Positions 1 through 11,970 of a stretch of 64,000 bases of DNA are shown piece by piece. The position numbers and the translations under genes were made by a program. Within the stretch, counting starts at the first letter, position 1, and each line of letters starts with the position of its first letter. The notes below the pieces were generated by a model that saw nothing but the letters and a program-made list of their open reading frames with translations, did not search any database and was not told the origin of the DNA. This stretch comes from Octopus sinensis (Eukaryota): the NCBI RefSeq assembly GCF_006345805.1, contig NC_043002.1:110918001-110982000 (forward strand), written 5' to 3'.

Positions 1-57
<57 letters not shown>

Positions 58-70
58 TACCACCACCACC

Positions 71-111
<41 letters not shown>

Positions 112-112
112 C

Positions 113-144
<32 letters not shown>

Positions 145-148
145 CACC

Positions 149-180
<32 letters not shown>

Positions 181-204
181 CCTACACACTACTACCACTA
201 CTAT

Positions 205-242
<38 letters not shown>

Positions 243-277
243 ACACCACCACCACTACCACCACCACCACCACCACC

Positions 278-321
<44 letters not shown>

Positions 322-349
322 CACCACCACTACTACCACCACCACCACC

Positions 350-384
<35 letters not shown>

Positions 385-417
385 CACTACCACCACCACC
401 ACCACCACCACTACTAC

Positions 418-448
<31 letters not shown>

Positions 449-450
449 GT
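1..450. repeat. (TAC)n/(CAC)n compound trinucleotide microsatellite
   Basis: Alternating tac and cac runs from the window start. Confidence 0.97.
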
Positions 451-549
451 TGCTGTTACTGTAACTGTTTTAAGCATCTCAGCAACATATAACCACTGAT
501 GCTACCAACAACAGCAGCATCATCATCATCATCCTCGCTCCCAGTCAAT

Positions 550-1385
550 GTGGTTACTCGCTAACTTGAAATAAATGCCAATTTTCTCTCCAATCATAAT
601 CTACCATCTTGGAAAAGGAAATTACATATTTGTAGATATACTACACCTAAAACAAAATAGAAAGGATTGTCATAGCTGGAACACCTTTCATCAAAGAAAA
701 TTAACCTAGGGTTAAACAATAATAACAACCATCATCATCATCATCATTAGCAGCAGCACCACCACCACTATCACTTCCACTACACCAACAAGAGAACCGT
801 TATGTGATCATTCAATCTGCCAAGAGTAACAACCAAATCTCTCTGAATTCCTACTCTTTTACTCTTTTACGTGTTTCAGTCATTTGACTGCAGCCATGCT
901 GGAGCACCGCCTTTAATCGAGCAACTCGATCCCGGGACTTATTCTTTTGTAAGCCCAGTACTTATTCTATCGGTCTCTTTTGCCGAACCACTAAGTGACG
1001 GGGACGTACACACACCAGCATTGGTTGTCAAGCAATGCTAGGGGGACAAACACACACACACAAACATACACACATACATATATATATATACATATATACG
1101 ACAGGCTTCTTTCAGTTTCCGTCTACTAAATCCACTCACAAGGCTTTGGTCGGCCCGGGGCTATAGTATAAGACACTTGCCTAAGGTGCCACGCAGTGGG
1201 ACTGAACCCGGAACCATGTGGTTGGTAAACAAGCTACTTACCACACAGCTACTCCTCCCAACAATCTTGAAAGAAAAAGTGGTGGGACACATTTGATATG
1301 CAGTTCTAGATATCTTTGCCAATGTCTTTGATAATGTATCTGCTCAGTTAAGGTTGACCTGGGACTAAACACCAACAACAATAAC
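550..1385. mobile_element. Old degenerate dispersed repeat (family G): two fragments, the second interrupted by a SINE A copy
   Basis: Degenerate motifs such as cagccaaatctc, ggtcatagctggaa and ggttgacctggg(a/g)ctaaac recur here and near 10730-11030, 17575-17640, 56700-56755 and 60385-60500. Class not determined. Confidence 0.4.
852..1257 (-). mobile_element. SINE family A (tRNA-like head, internal TA/TG microsatellite, (GTAAAAGA)n tail)
   Basis: Minus strand has A-box-like TRGCTGTGTGG and B-box GGTTCAGTCCC, a CORE-like CTT(A/G)GGCAAGTG segment, a 3' hairpin CAGTCA-AA-TGACTG and an 8-nt tandem tail. About 11 near-identical copies in the window. Confidence 0.93.
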
Positions 1386-1483
1386 AAAACCATCTACACC
1401 ACCACCGATACTGACAACTTCATGAGTGCCTCCACCACCACCACACTCATCACCACTACCATCACTATTAATACTATAGCTAT

Positions 1484-1817
1484 TGGGGGGGACCCCCTTC
1501 GGTCACGACGATGACCATGGGATTGCACCTAGAAAGTTACCCTCCTAGTCACAAGTCTGGGCAAGGTTGTTTATGGAAGACCAGCAGTCGCCCATGCATA
1601 CCGGCCTCCCTTCTCCATGCCACCGATGTTGTCCAAGGGAAAGGCAAAGGGGCCGATACAGCTTGGCACCTGTGACATCGCAACTCATTTCTACAGCTGA
1701 GTGAACTGGAGCAACGTGAAATAAAGTGTCTTGCTCAAGAACACAACACGCAGCCCGGTCCGGGATTCGAGCTCACAACCTCACGATCGTAAGCTCGACG
1801 CTCTAACCACTGAGCCA
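1484..1817 (-). mobile_element. SINE family E head with tail type T3
   Basis: Minus strand begins TGGCTCAGTGGTTAGAGCG...GAGCTCGAATCCCGG, then gttcttgagcaagacactttatttcac. The tail ends ATGGTCATCGTCGTGACCGAAGGGG. Confidence 0.85.
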
Positions 1818-2016
1818 ATTCTAGCTATTGTATTATCGTCATATACCACCACTACCACATCAACCCCACCACCATCACTACCATCACAACCACCACTACA
1901 GCAATCACCATTACTAGCATGAGAACTGCTACAATGATAACCATCACTATCTTGACCACTTTCACTACCACACTGCCGACACACCACCTTCATCCTCAGC
2001 CCCACGCTCACTGCCA

Positions 2017-2178
2017 CTCAATGCATTATCTCATTGCTTCAAGATTTCAGTGATGTGATGATATATCTTTAGAATGACATGGTAGAGAAAGTATGAGAGG
2101 CCAGATCTGGCCAATTATAATAAGAAAAAGGCAGAATATTTGGACCAGATATGGACTGGTTAAATGCTATAGGGTTAA
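2017..2178. mobile_element. Possible one-ended piggyBac-like MITE remnant
   Basis: Ends AATGCTATAGGG|TTAA, i.e. TTAA plus a CCC terminus on the other strand. The other end was not found. Confidence 0.3.
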
Positions 2179-2779
2179 GCTTATGCATGCCTTGATCATA
2201 TCAAAGGTGTTCTAGCCATGACCATCCCATCTCTTTCCCTGGTATAATAAATATATTTTGAACTACATCCCAGATATGACCAACATGCAGATTGACCAAC
2301 ATGCAGCTAAAATCCTCAGACTTTTTACAAATGCTACGCCTCACAGATTCTAATGATTTCTGACAGTGACTTCAAATATATACAGCAATACCAAATCTAC
2401 TACCACAGACTTGGTTTCTTCTTCAAAAACAAAAAATACTCCACATTTCATCAGTTGCTACCACTCTGTAAGACTCATAGTTGACTCATATTAGAGTAAA
2501 GCTTATATACATATCTTAACTGGGAATGCTATGAATAAGAAACATCTATCAATATATTTACACATTTCTGTAGTCAGAAGCACGACTATTCTTATAAACA
2601 TATTTAAATACGCACACAACATACAGACATGTATTTATATATAGTACATAGATGTCAATCCACATTGACATATACTCTTATATGTTCATTCACATAGTCT
2701 AATCTATATCTATATATATTAGCAGATGTCTGTGTATTCGTATGTCTGTGCATAATGCCGATGAGAGAGTTAGAAGGGG

Positions 2780-3122
2780 AAGAGAGAGAGAGAGAGAGAG
2801 AGTGTGTGTGAGAGAGAGTGAAAGAAACAGACTAAAAGAGAGGGTGAGGAGAATATGTGTGAGTTAGAGAAACACAGAATGAGGAAAAGATAGAGAGAAA
2901 GAAACAGAGAGAGAAAACAAGTTTCTATTGAAGTTGAAAGAGAGAGAGAGATAGTGGGAGAGAGAGAGATAGTGGGAGAGAGAGAGAGAGAGACATTGAT
3001 GTTTAATTCTGTATGTATGTTCTATAGACGAAGGTGAAAGAAAGCTGCCATAAAGAGAGGGGAAAAGCGGGAGAGAAAGAGACGCTAATGTTTGATACTC
3101 TGTGTGTGTGTGTGTGAGTGTG

Positions 3123-3159
<37 letters not shown>

Positions 3160-3192
3160 TGTGTGTGTATGAGTGTGAGTGTGTGTGTGTAT

Positions 3193-3229
<37 letters not shown>

Positions 3230-3236
3230 TGTGTGT

Positions 3237-3296
<60 letters not shown>

Positions 3297-3300
3297 ATAC
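2780..3300. repeat. (GA)n and (TG)n microsatellites
   Basis: Direct inspection; the source of the HT/CV-repeat ORFs. Confidence 0.95.
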
Positions 3301-3689
3301 ACATGCATGCATGCATACAGCGTTCCACAATTGCCATTTATTTCAATCACTTTTGTAAAGTGACTTTCACTCATTTTTCATTTAATCCCGATTTTAATTT
3401 TCAAAAAAGTTTCTGAGAAAGTGTTCTCACTCTCTACAAGAGGAGACGGGGGTAGGTACAGAGGATCAGTGTTCTACAGTGAAGCAAAGACAAGTACAGT
3501 TAGCCAGAGTAAGGCCACTAGAGACCCCTGTACAATGACAGCAAAGACATGAAAATGGCTGAAGGAGAGCTGCTGCAGGGCCAATGAGTCACAAGGGACA
3601 CAGGGAAAACAGAACAATTATATCAACAAAATGCAATCTGCAGGAGCTGAGAGTCAAAAAAAGGAAAGAGAAAAACGTTTAAAGGGTGC

Positions 3690-5255
3690 AATACAAAGAC
3701 AAGCGGCTTTTAGATTACTGCTAAACCTGGTCACAAATGACAGACCAATTCGTTACATAGGCAAAGGTTCAGATTCAACAAAAGTGTTGTGCCAAAGCTA
3801 CCTGATCATTTGGGATTAATGCTCCATGTCATATAGAGGTGCAATGGAAGCTCTTGATAAGACTTTACAACACATAGGAGGCGCAATGGCCAAGTGGTTA
3901 GGGCAGCGGACTCGCGGTCGTAGGATCGCGGTTTCGATTCCCAGACCGGGCGTTGTGAGTGTTTATTGAGCGAAAACACCTAAAGCTCCACGAGGCTCTG
4001 GCAGGGGATGGTGGTGATCCCTGCTGTACTCTTTCACCACAACTTTCTCTCACTCTTACTTCCTGTTTCTGTTGTACCTGTATTTGAAAGGCCCGGCCTT
4101 GTCACTCTCTGTGTCACGCTGAATATCCCCGAGAACTACGTTAAGGGTACACGTGTCTGTGGAGTGCTCAGCCACTTACACGTTAATTTCACGAGCAGGC
4201 TGTTTCGTTGATTCGGATCAACCGGAACCCTCGTCGTCGTAACCGACGGAGTGCTTCCATCCACAACACATAAGAGGCAACAATAAATCTATGGGAGGAG
4301 TTACATTAGTTTTATCGGGAGACTTCAGACAGACATTACCAGTCATTCTGAGAGGAACAAGATCTGAGGAAATAAAAGCATGCATTCAGTTTTCACACCT
4401 GTGGAATAAAGTACAGAGATTCTCCTTCAATACTAACACGTGAGCTTTATTACATGAGGACCAATGTGCAGAACAGTTTTCAACTTGGCTCCTCCAATTA
4501 GGAAATGGTAAAGTACCATTTGATGGGAATGGTGATATCAATTTGGCTCATATCACTATTATGGTGAATTCCCCAGCTGAATTGAAGAACAGGATATTTC
4601 CAGACTTGAGTAATAATTATAATTCACATAAATGGTTGTGTGAAAGGGCAATTCTTGAACCAAAAATGAGACAATAGCAAGGATTAACATTGAATTAATG
4701 AATAAGATTCCAACAGTCATTAAGCAGAACAAATCAGTTGATTCAGTTCTTGATGAAAATCAAGCTGTCCATTACCCAACAGAGTTCCTTAATTCTCTTG
4801 AGCCACCTGGAACTCCTTCACATAAACTTTTTCTGAAGGTAGGAGTCCCAATAATGCTTCTAAGAAATTTAGATCCTCCTAAATTATGCAATGGGACAAC
4901 GTTGATTGTGAAAATATTATCACTGAATGTGCCTCTAAGGAAGAGGTTTTCATTTCAAGAATTCCAATCAAACCAACAGACATGCCATTTGAGTTCAAAC
5001 GAACACAATTCCCAGTGTGACTTTACATCACAATGTCAGACTTTGAAATCTTCTGGCTTGCATTTAATTGGGCCTTGCTTTTCTCATAGTCATCTTTATG
5101 TTGGTTGCTCCAGGGTAGGTAATTTGCAACACTTATTTGTCTATGGTCCAAACCAGAAAACAAAGAAGTTGTTTACCCAGAAGCTCTTACATAGTTTCCT
5201 TCAACATATGTGATAGAATTTATCTCCCTTCATAAAAGTGGAAAATTTTGTATTT

Positions 5256-5295
<40 letters not shown>

Positions 5296-5429
5296 CGTTT
5301 TTTTTCTCTTCTTTGAAATTTGCTTCCATTTCTTGCCGAGTGTCTTCCCGACTCCTAGGGCAAAGAAACTCACTAGTTCGTTCATTTTTTTTTTTAAGTT
5401 AAATTAAAATACATGGGTAGTAATAGTTC

Positions 5430-5485
<56 letters not shown>

Positions 5486-5640
5486 CATCTTTTTTTGTAT
5501 TATGTATTGATTTCATCATGTATCCCAGTTGAAGAATAAATTGAATTTAGAACAAATTTCTATACAACATATTTTGCTTTTTTTCTTTTAATATATAAGG
5601 AACAATTTCATCCCTGGGCAACGCCGGTTGCCTCTGCTAG
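3690..5640 (+). mobile_element. Decayed Helitron: PIF1-family helicase pseudogene plus canonical 3' end
   Basis: Translates to LIIWD*CSMSYRGAMEALDKTLQHI, [SINE], GGVTLVLSGDFRQTLPV, EFLNSLEPPGTPSHKLFLKVGVPIMLLRNLDPPKLCNGT and FSHSHLYVGCSRVG, with stops and frameshifts. 3' hairpin GGGCAAC-GCCG-GTTGCCT at 5616-5633, then CTAG (5637-5640)|T. A possible 5' end is A|TCTATAT near 2703. Confidence 0.92.
3877..4262 (+). mobile_element. SINE family C head with tail T1, inserted in the Helitron helicase
   Basis: A box TGGCCAAGTGG, B box GTTTCGATTCCC. TSD ACAACACATA at 3867-3876 and 4263-4272. Confidence 0.95.
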
Positions 5641-6458
5641 TATATATCTAAACACGCACACATGTGTGTACATGCGTGTGTGTGTATTTGTAAGTATATT
5701 TGCATAGTCCTATTTCCCATAGAAGTATAGACATCCAGTTGGCTGGTAGCAAGCTATTCATAGATAGTCAGACAGTTTTTCATTTTGCTATATTGGTTCA
5801 TTACAAAAATTGCAGAATCAATGCTGCTTTCTATTTCTTTTATTTGTCTCTTCCTTTCCCATTATTTTCATCTTACTTTAAACCTCCACATTGCAGAAAA
5901 TTGCCCCCAAATTCCCAGCAGGGCAGATATTTTAGCTCTGGTTTTATAGAGTTAAGTGAATTAAAAGTCAAATGTCCCTCTTGACAAGATATTAGTTATT
6001 TATGGTGACACAGCCAAAAGTTATTGTAACACGTCTTAACAACTTAATGAAGTGGACTGAGATTTGTTTAATCAAATCTGCTGCTACATCATCGTTTAGC
6101 ATCCGCTTTCCATGCTAGCATAGGTTGCATCTCCCAATAAAACTCTAGCAAAGTAGTAAAACACATGATGTAATGTATTTTACAATGTAAAAGCTTTCAC
6201 TAACACAAAGAAGCTGTTAAGTTGCATCGTTCTCTATTTTACTGTTATTATTTAATCTGTAACAAGATGGGAGTTTCAGGAACACTTGAGGGGTGTCTGG
6301 TCTTATCTTGTCACATACAAGTCAAAGAAAAGGAACCAAAAATCCGGCTGTCTTCGATAACAATAAATAACTCTTTATTCTTCGGGTTCACAGGTAAAAT
6401 ATATACATATATATTTCTTGAGGGCGAACCGGCAGCCAAGTCCACAGGACTGTTCACT

Positions 6459-6710
6459 GGGCTTGATGGAGGCAAAGTGTCTGAGTTCCTTTTGAGCATT
6501 GGGCCTCACAGAGGCAAGGTGGCTGAGTTCCTTTTGAGTGTTGGGCCTCACAGAGGCAATGACCAAGACTTTTGGCATGATGTCGTGCTTGAGAAGAAGA
6601 CCCATCAAACCAAGCAAAATCACAGTTGTGGCAGATACCAGTGTCACACAAATGGCACCCGTGCTGGTGGCACATAAAAGCACCCATTACATCCATTACA
6701 CAAGCCCAAA
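6459..6710 (+). mobile_element. RTE LINE 3'-region fragment inserted in the LTR
   Basis: Matches 45830-46040 (cctcacagaggc, gtgcttgagaagaagacccatc, ggtggcacataaaagcaccc). Flanked by the 8-bp direct repeat TGTTCACT at 6451-6458 and 6711-6718. Confidence 0.75.
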
Positions 6711-6876
6711 TGTTCACTCGGGTGAGCCAAGAAGATATGGTCTCCGTTCCCGCTTTGAAGAGAGCTTCTCTATGCATAGGGTTTTCCCTGAGAGAAGTTT
6801 TAGCCACATCCGCTTGTTAGGGCTGCTCTTCCTAAAAGACCGATTTAGCGGGTACGCTTTCAGGTTGCAGTTCCCC

Positions 6877-6924
6877 TGCGTGCGCACGAGGGAATTTCCG
6901 GAAGTAACCCAATTCTGCGCATGC
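6877..6924. promoter_or_regulatory. Motif cluster in the LTR U3-like end: kB, ETS and NRF1-like sites
   Basis: GGGAATTTCC 6890-6899, CCGGAAGT 6898-6905, TGCGCATGC 6916-6924, TGCGTGCGCA 6877-6886. Motif match only. Confidence 0.4.
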
Positions 6925-7824
6925 ACACTGAAACTTCCACAGTAGCGTCACTACAAATCTGAAAACAGAACAGTGTATTGGTAGATTCATTCAAACATTG
7001 GACAAAATATCATCATGATGATGATTAATAAGAATATGTATGGCTGTTGTAAGAAAACTGGAACAGCAATAACTGACAAAACATTCTGATGTGTTCTAGT
7101 TGTGAATAAAACAATAAACGTCCCTACTAAAAGACAATCTATACAATCAACATCATGTACAACTAAGACCTGAAATGCGCAAATACATCTCTTGCTCTCT
7201 TGGCTCTCTCATTCATAACTACCTTTGATTACTGATGCAAGAGTTAATCATTTGGTTCTTGCAATGTAGTATAGCTTGATTCTGTTTGCCTCATCCTGAT
7301 TTTCTCAGAAATAAAATTATAAATAATAATAAATGAATAATCTATAAATAAATAGATAAATGAATAACTAAATAAAACTATGTTCTGTTCATATGAATCT
7401 GGTTACAATGTCAGTAGGAGATTCTATGTTCTGTGTAGTTAGTTAGGATATTTGACCAATCCTATACTATTTCATAGATTTCTTCACAATGGAAAGTAAT
7501 TGATCTGCTATGATCACAGGTCTTTCCTTTGCAAATACACACACATATACACCAGCACAGGCACACGTAAAAACAAATGGTCATGTACATAGGCATCTAC
7601 AAATATGCATTCTCGTATTCACACACACACACACATACTGAACATATATATATACATACATACACATGTATGCATATACCTGCACTGTGTCACACATGTA
7701 TCTCAATTCTTTTGTTGGTTTCAGGCATTGTAATTATGTAGGTCATGTATAAACACACAGACACATGTATATATATGCATACACACACACACACACACAA
7801 ACACACACTCATGTGAGTGTGTGT

Positions 7825-8272
7825 CATCATCATCATCATCATCGTTTAACGTCCGTTTTCCATGCTAGCATGGGTTGGACGGTTCAACTGGGGTCTGGGA
7901 AGCCAGGAGGCTGCGCCAGGCTCCAGTCTGATCTGGCAGTGTTTCTACAGCTGGATGCCCTTCCTAACGCCAACCACTCCGAGAGTGTAGTGGGTGCTTT
8001 TTATGTGCCACCTGCATAGGTGCCAGACGAGGCTGGCCAACAGCCACGATTGGATGGTGCTTTTTATGTTCCACCAGCACGGGGGCCAGACGAGGCGGGT
8101 AACGGCCACAATCGGATGGTGCTTTTTCGTGCCACCGGTACGGAGCCAGTTGGGGTGGCGCTGGCAACGGCCACGTTCGGACGGTTCTCTTACGTGCCAC
8201 CGGCACTGGTATCTCAGCTACAATTTCCATTGATGTTGAAAGATTTCAATTTCGATTTTGATTTTGATTTTG
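7825..8272 (-). mobile_element. Repeat B (RTE 3' end) with 4 motif units
   Basis: (CAT)n tail on +, GGATGCCCTTCCTAACGCCAACC, four GTGCTTTT..GTGCCACC-type units. Ends in a (GATTTT)n hexamer run. Confidence 0.9.
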
Positions 8273-8274
8273 TG

Positions 8275-8815
8275 TATATATATATATATATATTATGTAT
8301 GTATGTATGTATGTATGTATGTATGTATGTATGTGTGTATGTATGTATGTATGTATGTATGTGTGATGTATGTATGTATGTATGTATGTATGTATGTATG
8401 TATGTGTGTATGTATGTATGTATGTATGTATGTATGTATATATGTATGTATGTCTGTATGTATGTATGTATGTATGTATGTATGTATGTATGTATGTATG
8501 TATGTATATATGTATGTATGCATGCATGCATGTATGTATGTATGTATGTATGTTATGTATGTATGTATGTAATGTATGTATATATGTAGTATGTCTGTAT
8601 GTATGTAGGTATGTATGTATGTTATGTATGTATGTATGTATATATGTATGTATGTAATGTATGTATGTATGTATGTATGTAATGTATTATGTATGTATGT
8701 ATGTATGTATGTATGTATGTATGATGTATGTATGTATGTATGTATGTTATGTATGTATGTATGTTATATATGTATGTATGTATTATGTATGTATGTATGT
8801 ATGTATGTATGTATG

Positions 8816-8846
<31 letters not shown>

Positions 8847-8850
8847 ATAC
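8275..8850. repeat. (ATGT)n tetranucleotide microsatellite
   Basis: Direct inspection. Confidence 0.97.
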
Positions 8851-8857
8851 ATATAAT

Positions 8858-9263
8858 CGTAGGAGTGGCATGTGATAAGTAGCTTGCTTACCAACCACAT
8901 GGTTCCATGTTCAGTCCCACTGCATGGCACCTTAGGCAAGTGTCTTCAACTATAGCCTCAGGCCGACCAAAGCCTTGTGACTGGATTTGGTAGACGGAAA
9001 CTGAAAGAAGCCCATTGTATATATGTATGTATATGTGTGTGTGTGTGTGTGTGTGTTTCTGTGTTTGTCCCCCCAACATTGTTTGATAACCAATGCTGGT
9101 GTGTTTACATCCCTGTAACTTAGTGGTTCGGCAAAAGATATCGATAGAATAAGTACTAGGCTTATAAAGAATAAGTCCTGGGATCAATTTGCTTGACTAA
9201 AGGTGGTGCTCAAGCATGGCCACAGTCTAATAACTGAAACAAGTAAAAGAGAGAGTAAAAGAG
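8858..9263 (+). mobile_element. SINE family A
   Basis: Head AGGAGTGGC..., internal (TG)n, GTAAAAGA tail. Confidence 0.9.
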
Positions 9264-9482
9264 TATATATATGTACACACACACACACACATATATATGC
9301 GCATGTGTGTGCACATGTATGTTTGTGCGTGTAAGTGCGTGTGTGAGTTAGTATATATATATATATATGTGTGTGTGTACGTATGCTTAATGAAGAAATT
9401 GTTATAAGAAAATGCAAAGAAAATTTTTTGATTATTATTGACAGTCAATAAATAAGTCAGTAACATTTGTTTTGTACATTCT

Positions 9483-10097
9483 TCGAAATCGAAATCGAAA
9501 TCGAAATCGGAATCGAAATTGAACCAATCCTATGACTGGCACCCGACAGATGCCAGGACCCCTGGACTGGTGGTACGTAAAAAGCACTATCCGAATTGTG
9601 GCCGATGCCAGCGCCACCTCGACTGGCTTCCGTGCCGGTGGCACGTAAAAAGCACCATCCGAATCGTGGCCGATGCCAGCGCCACCTCGACTGGCTTCCG
9701 TGCCGGTGGCACGTAAAAAGCACCATCCGAATCATGGCCGATGCCAGCGCCACCTCGACTGGCTTCCGTGCCGGTGGCACGTAAAAAGCACCATCCGAAT
9801 CGTGGCCGATGCCAGCGCCACCTCGACTGGCTTCCGTGCCGGTGACACGTAAAATGCACCAATCCGACCGTGGCCGTTGCCAGCCTCGCTTGGCACCTGT
9901 GTAGGTGGCACGTAAAAAGCACCCACTACACTCACGGAGTGGTTGGCGTTAGGAAGGGCATCCAGCTGTAGAAACATTGCCAGATAAGACTGGATCCTGG
10001 TACAGCCTTCTGACTTCCCAGATCCCCGGTCGAACCATCCAACCCATGCTAGCATGGAGAACGGACGTTAAACGATGATGATGATGATGATGATGAT
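9483..10097 (+). mobile_element. Repeat B with 6 motif units (68-bp period)
   Basis: Starts with (CGAAAT)n. GGTGGCACGTAAAAAGCACC motif at 9569, 9637, 9705, 9773, 9841 and 9904. Ends in a (GAT)n tail. Confidence 0.92.
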
Positions 10098-10266
10098 ACA
10101 TATATACGACGGCTTCTTTTAGCTTCTGTCTACCAAATCCACTCACAAGGCATTGGTCGGCCCGGGGCTATAGCAGAAGACACTTGCCCAAGATGCCACG
10201 CAGTGGGACTGAACCCGGAACCATGTGGTTGGTTAGCAAGCTACTTACTACACACCCACTCCTACG
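10097..10266 (-). mobile_element. SINE family A, 5' half only
   Basis: Head through to the start of the internal microsatellite; abuts the B tail. Confidence 0.85.
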
Positions 10267-11066
10267 CCTACATCCACGGGGATGTATTTTTTTTTTTTTT
10301 CAATTAACAAATAATACTGAGATTACCCATAAATAATACTGAAATAGATCTAAAGATTCAGCCTTCACTGTCTTTTTTGTTTGCTTTAGATATTACAGCT
10401 AAGACCACATAGGAACACAGCACAGAGATAATATTAATTCTAAATCTAACTCTTTAATATTTTTACTTTCCCTTAACATTAACTACATTTTTCTCTCATA
10501 TTTCAGGTTTCTTTTCATAACATTACTTCTTACCTTCTTCACTTTCAGGTTCTTTCATTGTTCTGATTTCTCATTTCATTTTCCTGAAATCACAGTTCAT
10601 TCTTTTAAATTTTATATTCTATTTTCAGAAAATCCCCTCCATTTATATTTTGTTTTATACTTTATATTTCACATTCCTCCTTCTATCAACAACCTTCCTT
10701 TCTTTTGAACCAACAAGGGGGTCTCTATATAGTTACTTAATTTGTCAGAAACAGCAGCCAAATTTTTCTCAACTTATACTTTACTGATTTAAAAAAAATT
10801 GAAAGACACAATATACACTAAGATGAACTATGTCTAAATAGCGAAGATAAGCTAGTCAAATTTCTACTTCTACCAGTAATCTTCTCTTGAACCAATTAGA
10901 AAGAACTGCCAAATCACTTTCAACTCCACAGTTTTTTTTTTTATAAAGGGGAAGGACACTTTGGATAATGTAATCCTAGATAAACAATATCTGAAAAAAA
11001 GACAAGATGGTCATAGCTGGAATATCGGTTAAATTATTTTTTAAAATCGCGATTTCTGACGTTTAC

Positions 11067-11106
11067 ATGATTTGTCCAGCTGCTTAATAAGAGTGTTGAC
11101 TGGACC
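11067..11106 (-). CDS. Candidate exon of an unidentified minus-strand gene (GPVNTLIKQLDKS, or terminal ...CKRQKSRF* ending at 11041)
   Basis: Pyrimidine-rich acceptor ccctcatcttcattattcctgttgttgccag; donor GTAAAC. Splice signals and an open frame only. Confidence 0.22.
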
Positions 11107-11363
11107 CTGGCAACAACAGGAATAATGAAGATGAGGGCGACAGTGCCTTCTCTTATTTTGCATACTACCACTCATATGAGTTTTATTACACAGATTCTGA
11201 ATTGTAATCCTATTGTAGATATTTGTCTCATATTTCACATTCCACAAAAGATATAATTTATTCTACAGTAGCAAGGCCCAACAGACAAGAGAAATATGAT
11301 CCATGCAAGTTAAGTTTGCAGTTTTGTTTGAATTCATGGTTGTAGTCATCTTACTTTGCTTAC

Positions 11364-11428
11364 ATGACAATGCTCTTTGGCAGTAAAAAGTTTTAGATCT
11401 TTAGCCTGTTGACTGTCATTGAAATTTT
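11364..11428 (-). CDS. Candidate exon (NFNDSQQAKDLKLFTAKEHCH)
   Basis: Acceptor tttcatttaatcgacataccag; donor GTAAGC. One open frame, phase 1 in, phase 0 out. Confidence 0.25.
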
Positions 11429-11970
11429 CTGGTATGTCGATTAAATGAAATGAAATTAAATTAAATGGATCACCTTCGAATCAAGTGTGCAGTTTGTTGA
11501 AAACTTGCTCCTATTCTACAGGGATCATTCTTGTTGCATGGCCATCAGTCCTTATTTCCCAACTGTTTAATTTGCACTTTCTATTTGGAACTATGTAAAG
11601 ATAAGAAGAACATTACAAAACAATTATGCTACACTATTATCCATGAAAAAGGGCATGAAAATTATGCAATCTTATTCGCCTAACCCATAAATGTGTGGTC
11701 TAGAGTGGTACCAAAGTAAGAAATCAATACTGGAGAGCTATTGCTAGGCAATCTTCTGAAAAACTGCCTATTTTATGAGTTCTGACTCATGGAACATTCT
11801 CTGACCTATCATCATCTATAAACTATCAGCTTCTCCATACTTTGCATACATTTTACAAATCATTTTGACTCTCCACCTCTACATCTATCCCATCTAGTTA
11901 ACAGTGTGTCTATTTTTCTTACTGTATACATACATGTGTGTGCACGTGTGCGTGTGTCTGTGTGTGTGTA

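Larger units (their letters stand above)
6258..6955 (-). mobile_element. Solo LTR (Gypsy-like termini)
   Basis: Minus strand reads TGTAGTGAC...CTTGTTACA (TG...CA, with a TGTA/TACA inverted end). 4-bp TSD AATC at 6254-6257 and 6956-6959. Minus-strand AATAAA at 6374-6379, about 120 bp before the 3' end. Confidence 0.7.

Noticed and set aside
2864-3416. HT/CV/YI/KERK-repeat ORFs throughout the ORF track
   Set aside because: They are translations of microsatellites.
3877-3960. tRNA genes in SINE heads
   Set aside because: A/B boxes are present, but they run into SINE bodies with tails and TSDs; no complete acceptor stem.
4008-4211. Recurrent ORFs MVVIPAVLFHHNF... and MSSNARGTNT...
   Set aside because: Chance frames in multicopy SINEs C and A, broken in many copies.
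6538-6945. 135-aa ORF
   Set aside because: Spans an RTE UTR fragment and LTR sequence; chimeric chance frame.
9569-9930. CRISPR-like repeat-spacer array
   Set aside because: The sequences between motifs are themselves near-identical tandem units, there are no cas genes, and the array is part of a LINE 3' UTR in eukaryotic DNA.
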